DNA of 64,000 nt from Macrostomum lignano. Taxonomy: Eukaryota. Below the pieces are notes generated by a model. The model was not told where the DNA came from. It was given only the letters and a program-made list of their open reading frames with translations, and did no database searches. The DNA lies in NCBI GenBank assembly GCA_002269645.1, contig NIVC01000694.1, positions 186,001 through 250,000 on the forward strand, written 5' to 3'. Shown here one piece after another: positions 34,301-45,200 of this stretch; the stretch's first letter is position 1; each line of letters begins with the position of its first letter. The position numbers and the translations under genes were made by a program.

Positions 34301-36821
34301 TCAAGGGAATTAGCACATGCTACAGTGTGACTCGATCATTGGTGAGACTTTTGCGTCAAGGGAATTAGCACATGCTACAGTCTGACTCGATCATTGGTGA
34401 GACTTTTGCGCCAAGGGAATTAGCACATGATACAGTGTGACTCGATCATTGGTAAGACATTTGCGCCAAGGGAATTAGCACATGATACAGTGTGACTCGA
34501 TCATTGGTGAGACTTTTGCGCCAAGGGAATTAGCACATGATACAGTGTGACTCGATCATTGGTGAGACTTTTGCGTCAAGGGAATTAGCACATGATACAG
34601 TGTGACTCGATCATTGGTAAGACATTTGCGCCAAGGGAATTAGCACATGCTACAGTCTGACTCGATCATTGGTGAGACTTTTGCGTCAAGGGAATTAGCA
34701 CATGATACAGTCTGACTCGATCATTGGTAAGACATTTGCGTCAAGGGAATTAGCACATGCTACAGTGTGACTCGATCATTGGTGAGACATTTGCGCCAAG
34801 GGAATTAGCACATGATACAGTGTGACTCGATCATTGGTGAGACATTTGCGCCAAGGGAATTAGCACATGATACAGTCTGACTCGATCATTGGTGAGACAT
34901 TTGCGCCAAGGGAATTAGCACATGATACAGTGTGACTCGATCATTGGTGAGACATTTGCGTCAAGGGAATTAGCACATGCTACAGTGTGACTCGATCATT
35001 GGTGAGACTTTTGCGTCAAGGGAATTAGCACATGCTACAGTGTGACTCGATCATTGGTAAGACATTTGCGCCAAGGGAATTAGCACATGCTACAGTGTGA
35101 CTCGATCATTGGTAAGACATTTGCGCCAAGGGAATTAGCACATGATACAGTCTGACTCGATCATTGGTAAGACATTTGCGTCAAGGGAATTAGCACATGC
35201 TACAGTGTGACTCGATCATTGGTAAGACATTTGCGTCAAGGGAATTAGCACATGCTACAGTGTGACTCGATCATTGGTGAGACTTTTGCGTCAAGGGAAT
35301 TAGCACATGATACAGTGTGACTCGATCATTGGTGAGACTTTTGCGCCAAGGGAATTAGCACATGCTACAGTGTGACTCGATCATTGGTGAGACTTTTGCG
35401 TCAAGGGAATTAGCACATGATACAGTGTGACTCGATCATTGGTAAGACATTTGCGCCAAGGGAATTAGCACATGATACAGTGTGACTCGATCATTGGTGA
35501 GACTTTTGCGCCAAGGGAATTAGCACATGATACAGTGTGACTCGATCATTGGTAAGACATTTGCGCCAAGGGAATTAGCACATGCTACAGTGTGACTCGA
35601 TCATTGGTGAGACTTTTGCGTCAAGGGAATTAGCACATGATACAGTGTGACTCGATCATTGGTGAGACTTTTGCGCCAAGGGAATTAGCACATGATACAG
35701 TGTGACTCGATCATTGGTGAGACATTTGCGCCAAGGGAATTAGCACATGATACAGTGTGACTCGATCATTGGTGAGACTTTTGCGCCAAGGGAATTAGCA
35801 CATGCTACAGTGTGACTCGATCATTGGTAAGACATTTGCGCCGAGGGAATTAGCACATGATACAGTGTGACTCGATCATTGGTGTGACTTTTGCGTCAAG
35901 GGAATTAGCACATGATACAGTGTGACTCGATCATTGGTGAGACTTTTGCGTCAAGGGAATTAGCACATGATACAGTGTGACTCGATCATTGGTGAGACTT
36001 TTGCGCCAAGGGAATTAGCACATGATACAGTGTGACTCGATCATTGGTAAGACATTTGCGCCAAGGGAATTAGCACATGATACAGTGTGACTCGATCATT
36101 GGTGAGACATTTGCGTCAAGGGAATTAGCACATGATACAGTCTGACTCGATCATTGGTAAGACATTTGCGCCAAGGGAATTAGCACATGCTACAGTCTGA
36201 CTCGATCATTGGTAAGACATTTGCGCCGAGGGAATTAGCACATGATACAGTGTGACTCGATCATTGGTGTGACTTTTGCGTCAAGGGAATTAGCACATGA
36301 TACAGTGTGACTCGATCATTGGTGAGACTTTTGCGTCAAGGGAATTAGCACATGATACAGTCTGACTCGATCATTGGTGAGACTTTTGCGTCAAGGGAAT
36401 TAGCACATGATACAGTGTGACTCGATCATTGGTGTGACTTTTGCGTCAAGGGAATTAGCACATGATACAGTCTGACTCGATCATTGGTACGACATTTGCG
36501 CTCAACTTTGCGCCAATTTTCTTGACAGTTCTAAGCAAGCAAATTTTACTACAGGGAACTGTTGCCGGCAAAGACATCATTCCCCTCAGCGGGTGCGGCG
36601 CGTGCACCCCAAGAACAGCTGCACTCTATGGCTGCACCTCCTGCAGCACCAGCGACTGCAACGGTCCGCAATCAACAACAACACCGGCCACAACCACCAC
36701 CAGCAGTCGTGCAGCCACCACGACAGGGTCCAATGCCAGCGTCCGTAGCGCGCCGAGTCCGTCAGCCCCTTTCGGCGTGGCTGTCGCTCTGCTCTTGCTG
36801 AGCTTCACAAGCAAGTTCTGA
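31362..36821 (+). CDS. Secreted/GPI-anchored protein with four Cys-rich Ly6/uPAR (three-finger)-like repeats, ~353 aa
   Basis: Exons 31362-31413, 31484-31596, 32170-32400, 32649-32843, 32928-33131, 36555-36821; all GT-AG and in phase. Signal peptide MMKFSYFLLIAFAIVDL; four repeats C-x(n)-C-x5-6-C-(F/Y/H)S...(G/A)CGxC..CxxC-x4-CN; Thr/Ser stalk; hydrophobic GPI-type tail PFGVAVALLLLSFTSKF. Confidence 0.88.
31710..31980. repeat. 17-bp minisatellite (caggcacagatcctcta) in intron 2
   Basis: About 16 copies. Confidence 0.92.
32525..32557. repeat. (TG)n microsatellite in intron 3
   Basis: Visible (tg) run with one interruption. Confidence 0.9.
33088..36490 (+). repeat. 55-bp tandem array (62 copies) made of the 3' end of exon 5 plus its splice donor
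   Basis: Unit gcgccaagggaattagcacatgctacagtctgactcgatcattg|gtgagactttt; the first copy is the coding exon end; the array fills intron 5. Confidence 0.97.
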
Positions 36822-37039
36822 CTCTTTTCGCTGTCGGCCTCAGTTTGACAGACATTTTGATCTGCTGTTCTCAGATAGTTTTTTGCTGTCAACAGATTTT
36901 TGAGATGGAAAATTGGAGGATTGTTGATGCTATTATTATCACTATTTATAACCCAAGTTTCCAGGTGGATTGTCAGCAGAGCCGTCCATGTGCTTTAAAG
37001 CCTTAAAAAAAACAAAATTCGCATACGATAAAAGGTTTG

Positions 37040-37465
37040 TAGTGTGGGATGAGACAGAGTTACAGAGCTTACATAGGTTTATAGTGTGGGATGAGACAGA
37101 GTTACAGAGCCTAAATAGGTTTGTAGTGTGGGATGAGAGAGTTACAGAGCTTACATAGGTTTGTAGTGTGGGATGAGACAGAGTTACAGAGCTTACATAG
37201 GTTTGTAGTGTGGGATGAGACAGAGTTACAGAGCTTACATAGGTTTGTAGTGTGGGATGAGAGAGTTACAGAGCTTACATAGGTTTGTAGTGTGGGATGA
37301 GAGAGTTACAGAGCTTACATAGGTTTGTAGTGTGGGATGAGACAGAGTTACAGAGCTTAAATAGGTTTGTAGTGTGGGATGAGACAGAGTTACAGAGCTT
37401 AAATAGGTTTGTAGTGTGGGATGAGACAGAGTTACAGAGCCTAAATAGTTTTGTAGTGTGGGATG
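37040..37465. repeat. 42-bp minisatellite (gagacagagttacagagcttacataggtttgtagtgtgggat)
   Basis: About 10 copies just 3' of the Ly6-like gene. Confidence 0.93.
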
Positions 37466-37566
37466 AGCTCCCTTCTTGGTTCGAAAGGGTTTTTAAGCCC
37501 TGCTGACGGCAAGAATTGAATTTTTTTAAAGCTTCGACGAGGAAAGGTCGACACACGCAAAAAAAA

Positions 37567-37815
37567 TTGTGGAGCGCATATTTATCAAGATTTGTGGAGC
37601 GCATATTTATCAAGATTTGTGGAGCGCATATTTATCCAGATTTGTGGAGCGCATATTTATCAAGATTTGTGGAGCGCATATTTATCCAGATTTGTGGAGC
37701 GCATATTTATCCAGATTTGTGGAGCGCATATTTATCCAGATTTGTGGAGCGCATATTTATCAAGATTTGTGGAGCGCATATTTATCCAGATTTGTGGAGC
37801 GCATATTTATCCAGA
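37567..37815. repeat. 25-bp minisatellite (tttgtggagcgcatatttatcaaga)
   Basis: About 10 copies with one a/c variable site. Confidence 0.94.
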
Positions 37816-39202
37816 TTTATAAGAATTTAACTGATTTGCATGTCATATTCGTAACGCAAAATTAACTCATTGTTTTTGTTACAAATTTAACCAAAAGTTT
37901 TTTATTTGGTACCCGAACTCGCGCAGTGCCGCCGGATCACCGCCCTGTTTTTGACTGGTTCAAAAATTTTTAATTCGATGTTCTAAAAATCTCCAATAAA
38001 TAGACTCCAATAGTTTCTACCTGTTTTCATCCATTCCTTTTTGAGTCATTTCGTCTGCAACGCAAAAAATGAGGCCAAACACTCGTGCCAAGAATCCAAT
38101 ACATTTTTATTATGCGACAGTGAAAATAACAAAGGGGTCGAAGTGAGTAAAAAGTATTACGAAGAAGCGCGCAAACCCGACTACTGCAAGTAGAGTACGC
38201 GACAATTTTTCACCAAGCCAGAACAACACAGAATCGCGATGAGGGCTTACCGGATGAAAGACAAGTACACAGATGAGGTGCTGCGGGGGCTATCGGAGAA
38301 GGCAGCGGCGAATTTTGGTACGCTTTATTTAATTCATAAAAAATTAAGACAAGTTAAGCGCTAAACTTTTGACACGAATGGGGTCGACCTCAGCCCAAGG
38401 GGCTTGCATTTACGACCGACATCGCCTTCTGAGTCCAGCATCTCCTGAGCCCGGCTTCTGCGCCTGCTCACCAGCTGCATCGCTAACCGCAAACTCCCGG
38501 GCCGAGTCGAGGTGAGCAGTGAGGGAGAGAAAGATGTGTGCGCTCGCGAGCTGCTATTTGATGCATAGCATTTAAAAATAGAAATCATGTGACGATTAAA
38601 ACAAACGCTCCGGAATGCATGGCTTGAAAGGTGCGCGTAAAAACTGTGCGGATGCGAAGGCCGCTGAAACCGCAGGGGGGCAAAACACTGAAGCTGGTGG
38701 GCCGCCGGAGGCTGCGGCAGCTGAGGCACTGTTGACGATGGGGGAAATGGAAAATAGGAGAAACTCTTGGCTGAGCAGCGATGCGGTAGAAATCGAAAAT
38801 AGACACTCATCCGAGGAGCAAGCAGCGGGATTTCGGCACGAGAAGTCGGGGGGGGGGGAATAATCGTGTGCATCGGGAATAAATAAAGTTCGAACATGGG
38901 CCTGTCAATCACATGTTGCATTGAGAGAATCGCGATCAGAAATGTAAAAAGCTGCTCTAGAGCTTCGAACAGCGAAAACTGGCCCAGCTGGGGGCAGAAA
39001 CTGAATCAGCGGGTCCGCGCCCGATGCTCAAAGTTGGTCAAGCAGCAACCACAGATAGAATTTAGCATAACAGGATCCAACCGCTTCCAAATTGTAAAAT
39101 TTTCATTACATGAATGCAGGAATGAATAAAATGTTGTGTGACACTGATAGACTGGGATAATGGGATAATTCGTCTCCGAGGTCTGTGTGCCGCGGCCGCT
39201 CT

Positions 39203-42200
39203 CTAGTCGGTCAGGCAGGTCGAGCTGTCCTTCGGCTTGGCCGAATGCTCGCTGCGGTTACTGCCGAGGCGGTTGCGCACAGCCATGTAGGTGGGGAACT
39301 GGATGATTTTCGTGATGGGGTTCACCTCGAAGATCGGTTCGTTGGTCCAAATCTGCTGCTGAAAATTGCGAAAATTATTATCAATTATTATTATTATCAA
39401 AGTATCGGCAGAACTACCAGTAGCCGTGACTCACATCCTGGTTCTCGCGTCGCCATTTCAGCACGGCTTCATCCTCACCGAACCTGCTCGAGCACGAGAT
39501 GATGTAGCAGTCGCCCCGGTAGCCCGGCCTGAAATTTTGTGAGAATTTATTGCGACAGTTAGGGCCCATGTTCTAGTCACTAGAGCCCCACTCTCTACTC
39601 ACTTGGTCAAGATGAGGCATTTTATCGGCGACTCTGACACTTTGTTTCTGACCGTCAGCATCAGGTTGTAGTCGTACGGCTGGTCCTGATTCACGATGTT
39701 CTCGAATGGCTGCAGCGCAGTGGCATTGGAGCTGGCGGCAGTCAGGAACGGTGACGGCCGAGACGGCTGCGATCCCGGAGTCTCCGTCTCCTCGGCGGAG
39801 GCGAAGCATTCGTACGGGGACTGCTGCACTGCTGCGGCGGCCTGGCCCGAGACTGGGCTGGATGGCTCCGGCGTCACCACTGTCGCTTCGGCTGCAACAG
39901 CGGCGGCGCCTTGCGGTGCGGCGACTCGTCCGTCCATTCGGCTGGCCGAATCCGAGTCTTTGGCGTCTTCGAAAACATTGTCGCTCTCTTCGTCGGTAGT
40001 AATGCTCCTGTGGTCTGTAGCATCCTGTCGACGGGGTCCTGGGTGCTCTGCTGCCATCATGGCTGGGTCGGTGAGTGTTGCCTTGTCCTGCACCTCCACT
40101 CGCGTGTTCTCTGCGCCCATCTGCAAGAAGATCTCCAGGTGGAAGGCGTCCCTTTCAACGATTTCGTCGTCTAGACGCAAGTCGAGCACTTTCGGGTCTT
40201 CGGTGTCGTGCTGGCTCTTGCGCACCATTATCTGCTTTCGGTGGTTGCTCAGCGTCTGGCAGCTGCGGGACATGCGATGCACCCGCGGGGCCAAGCGCGT
40301 GTGAGCCGGTGAGTTGTAGGGAGACGCCCTGGGTGTCGACTCGTCCGATGCCTCCTTCTTCAGCACCGCCTTGGTGAGCGGCTGGTCTATTGCGCTGAGG
40401 TACTTCTCAACCTTCTCCTTGACGGTCGACCTGGTCATGAGTGTGTCCGGACGCTTGGCGGACGCTTGGTTCTTCAAAGCGTCAGAGTGGTTGGAGGAAA
40501 CCCTCTTCTTGCTGATGTAGGAGACGGTGAACACAACAAGGTCACCGCTGCCGGTGCCAACCCACAGTGAATCCTCGAACGGCAGGATGGAAGTAATGCG
40601 CCAAGGATTGAACAGCGTCTCGTCGTCCTTGCGGAAAATCGGATATTTGAGTTCCTTAACGTCGTACAGCAGACAGCAGGTAAGCGTGTCCTCATCCCAT
40701 AGTTCGATCACGGACGAGCCGCGGACGGCGATCCAGATGCCGAACCGGCTGCGCTTGAGGCATAGGATGGAGTCGAACGGGTTGTTGGACACGTGGAATT
40801 TCTCCTTTGGATCGAGGCACTCGGCGTCCAGCAGCTGTACGTAGTTGCCGCACGCGACCCACAGGTCCGTGTTGACCAGCAGTAGCGAGGTCAGAGGTGA
40901 CGTGCTGAGATTCACGTAGAAGATATTGTTGTTGGGCTCCTCGTGTCCGACGTGGTCCAGCACGGCCACTGAGCCGTTTGCCAGAGCCGCGAAGACGCGG
41001 TTGGCGATTCGGTCGGAGGCGGCGCTGGCGCAGATGTCCAGCACGGAGTCGTGGATGCGGCACTGCCACAGGCGCTCTCTGCAGGCCCGTTGAGTAGCGA
41101 AATTTGATTAATAGCGATAAATTCTTATGAACAAATTGATACTGAAATAGGTAAAACGCATCAGCAGCCAGCTTACTCAGCCTCCGTATCGAATGCGATG
41201 ATGTACATGTTGAGCGTCCCGAGCAGCACAACGCTGGCGTCCAGAGCGCACACGCACATCACGCGAGAGTCAATCTGGGAATCGAACAGGTAAAAAGTGC
41301 ATGGCGGAGAGTTGCTTTTGTGATATCAGCATGAAGCAAGTGAAGGGTGATGAACACGCACCTCCTCTCGCAGGTTGTACATGAGATTCTCTTCCGGCTG
41401 CAGCTTGCAGATCCTGGTGCGGTTCTGGTCTCCGTAGCAGATCCAGGTGTTGCCGTCTAGAAAGGAGCCGCCGCACTCGATGATTGGCCGGTCGACACTG
41501 CGGGTCTCCATCTCCCGAAACTGAAATGGCGATTAGGGCAGGGCTCTGGTTTAAGACTGGCTGGGCGCACTTAGCATCGCTCTCTGCAACGTTTGGAGCG
41601 TTTGACTCGCACAGAACCGGCTGTATTGCTGCCAGTCAGCGAATGCTGAAAATTTTAATCCTAAAAGCATTCATATTGAAACGGCAAAGCAAGCTTTCAT
41701 TACTCGATAAGGCTCGTAAGAAAAAACGAATTCAATTTCGGAATCAAGGAAAAAGCATGTACACTAGAAACGCACAAATCCTACCAAAACCAATGAGTGT
41801 AAAAGATGAGAAAACAAATTCACCAAAAATGGCAAAGCATTCTATTGGCACCGCACTCTTCTATTGCTTGGAGTTGCTTTGCTACTTGCCGTTCGGTGAG
41901 AGAGTCGGCGAATGCTTTCGTAGGCCATGGTGGCCCGGACAGTGAAATTCCTCATGGGCGAGCTTTGCAGTCTTTGGTCCTGCAAAATTGGCACAGGGCG
42001 GGGCGCCGCGGGCTGCTCTGCTTGCTTGGAACTGAAGGCTTCGGGCGTTCGAGAAAACACTCGGGTCGCTGACGTCAGCACTAATAGTACGCGAATAGGC
42101 TACTTGGAGCACGACGACATTGCTTAGTGAGATATGATTATTACCAGAGGCCGCAAAAAGAGTAAACTAAAGGGAGTAAGCCAGACAGACAACAGAACGG

Positions 42201-45200
42201 GGCCTCTCTACACAGCTGGTTTTGCTTACTACCCGACTCCATGCAACTTGGTTAGTGTAGATTTGGGATAAGGCTTAGCAATCCACTACGAGTGCTGGTG
42301 CTCCAATCGCACTTATTCGTGCAAGCATAGACAGTGCACGCATTTGAAAGAGGCAGATGGTGCAGCGTAGCAAATATTGCCGGGTCGGGAGGTTAGCAAT
42401 GGGTAAATTCGAACTCAGAGCTGGCGGTGCGCAGTGGGTGTGATTTAATTGCACTCACGCGCTCCTCTGTGTCGTTGTACGCCTTGCGCTTCTTCTTGCG
42501 CCGCTCGTCCTGCTCAATTAGCGAGTTGATGAAGCAGCTCTGCTTCACGCTGATGTCCTTCCTGTGAGCCATGCCAGGCAGCTCCTCAAACGCGGCCCTT
42601 GCCAAGCCCTCAACATCGAATGTGAGCTTCGCTGCCGCCTTCAAGTGCTTCCACACGCTGATGGTGTCAGTCTGCTGCAGCAGGATTTTCTCGTGCAACT
42701 TCAGGATGCCGAGGGTGAAGCGGAACAAGACCTTCGGGCCCTCCAGCAGGAAGCAGTCCCAGATGCGCAGCAGCGCGGGGAAGGGGACGGCGTCGAAGAA
42801 CACGGCCAGGAACCAGTTGAGCGTCACCGTGGAGATGTCAATCTCCAGCTCCTCCAGGTGTCTGTGCAGCTCAGGCAGGTGCGACTTCAGCAGGTCCTTC
42901 AGAACTAGCTGGTCCGCCTGCGCCCCGATGAGATTGGAAGTGAAGTAGAGCGGGTGGAAGTAGGCCTCTGTGATGGCTACCAGCAGCCAGAAGGTGTCCT
43001 CCTTGCTGAGGAAGAGCAGGCCCATGCCGGCGAGGAAGTTCATGCCCTGGCAGTAGCCGATGGCCGGGTTGTGGATGCAGAAGGCCTGCAGAATCTCCTG
43101 CAGCTTCTGGATCTAAAAGCGAAGGATTTAAAACACTGATTACTTTCTGACAGACTCAAATGGCACTGCCATGAACCAGTGGCTCCACTGACCCCCTCCG
43201 AGTCGTTCGAGTCGAACTGTATGTTGGTTGGCATCGTGCGTAGCAGGTCCAGCGAGATCTGCTTGCGGTGCATGCCGGCCACCTCCGAGTCGTGAATCTG
43301 CTGCGTCAGCGTGGTGTAGTAGTGCCGGCCCTTCACCGCCCGGATTTCCTGGATGTGCGAGTGCACCAGCTCTCGCCACACTGCGGATCGGAACATCCTT
43401 GGAATGCCGTTGCGCACCAGGCCCTTCAGCTCCTTCTGCAGTCAGGAAGGTTGGGACAGGAGTCTCGGATCAGTCTGGGTGAGCTGTTATTTCTTAATCT
43501 ACCCTAGATGGCCTAAGAGAGTGGATGTTACAGCTGAAGCTGATTTAAGTACACCGGGAAACTGTTATACACAAGCGTTGAGAAACTTTGGTCTTTTGTA
43601 AAAGTCTTCCGAAAGGTAGGGACTGAAAATATCTGTTTGGCTTAGCATTGCAGCATTACCGTCTTGGTGTAGCTCCTGCAGGTTGAGATGAAGGTCTTCC
43701 ACTGTCGCTGGTGCTGCTCCCACCTGTCCAGCAGAGAGGTGTAGTGCTCGTGCAGCTGCCTGCAGATGTAGTGCAGCAGCAGCGACTCGTTCTCGTGGCT
43801 GTGCTTGAAGCCGAAGCTGTCCACGTGGCACTCGGATGCGGTGAGGCTACAGAGGCATGCAGTTACAGAAGGTTGAAGCACTTTTTAATTTTTAACTAGA
43901 GCCCCAGGGAGCAGCACCGATCTCAGTCGGTCGCTGCAGTGACTCAGAGTCCCAGGCACGCGGCTGTAGCAACTCACCTCTCAAAGGTGGGCAGACGTGG
44001 GTTCACGGTGCGAGCGTCCTCGAGCAGCTCAGTCAGCCGCTCCCGGTGCTGAAGTGGCCACGGGGAACAGGAAGGGGATTTGAGATTTCGTCTTAGGGAA
44101 TGACGAGCTCGGCTGCAATGTGAAACTATTTGGTCTCGAAGCAGACTGGAATTCTGCAGCGCTAAGGAATACCGGGGTTAAACAAAAACTTTCAATCTTT
44201 CTTGAGTTGAGCGTTGCTGAAATTCAATCCCACTCAATCCCATTAAACCCAGGGTAGAAAGCGTGGAAATTCAATGAAAAAATTTGTTTAGCTGCGCCAA
44301 ATAAGTCCGTTCTAAAAACACTGAAGTGGACACTCTCGGGAGAGTTCGGTGTGAAATTTTTCAGGAAAAATGACTTCAGATTCATCTGATTGACAGCGGA
44401 AGAAGGCTCACTCACCCGGTGTCCGCCGTGGACATTCAGCTCGAAGCCGTCCGACACGTCTCCAGTGGGCACGGTGATGCAGGACTGCAGCAGGAACAGG
44501 TAGTCCCGCTTCCAGTTCTCAATCTCCAGCTTCTGCTCGCGGTAGATTCTGAAATTGACCGCTGCTACTTCTTGCCAAAAGCGAACATAAATTAGAAGCA
44601 AAATTAGCAAATTGTAAATTTTTGCGTGCCGCTAACCGATCCTGGTTTTTAAACTTCTCCAGCTCCATCTGGCGCAGGTTGGTCAGCTTCTTGACCTCGT
44701 TGTTCAAAAAGCGGTTGTTGTTTTGCAGGATGCGGCATTGCTCCTCCAGCTGCTTGAGGTCTGCGGACTTGGCTGTCATCCAGTCACGCATAGCACTGCG
44801 ATGTGGAGTTGGTGGAGGCCAGCGCCTTGATTGGGTTTACTGGATTTTGTGTCGGGGACACATTGGGCTGAGAGTTTCAGAGAGGCAAAAAATATGGGAA
44901 AAATTGGGAGAGGACACACTAGACAGTGGTAGGACATGCTGGACAGCGGTAGGACATGCTGGACAGTGGTAGGACATGCTGGACAGTGCTAGGACATGCT
45001 GGACAGTGCTAGGACATGCTGGACAGTGGTAGGACATGCTGGACAGTGGTAGGACATGCTGGACAGTGCTAGGACATGCTGGACAGTGCTAGGACATGCT
45101 GGACAGTGCTAGGACATGCTGGACAGTGGTAGGACATGCTGGACAGTGGTGGGACATGCTAGACAGTGAGTAATCAGACGCAGATTTCATGCTGCTGATG

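Noticed and set aside
38215-38520. Possible small plus-strand exons (MRAYRMKDKYTDEVLRGLSEKAAANF..., then 38394-38512)
   Set aside because: Splice signals are plausible but I could not complete a gene model or recognise homology.
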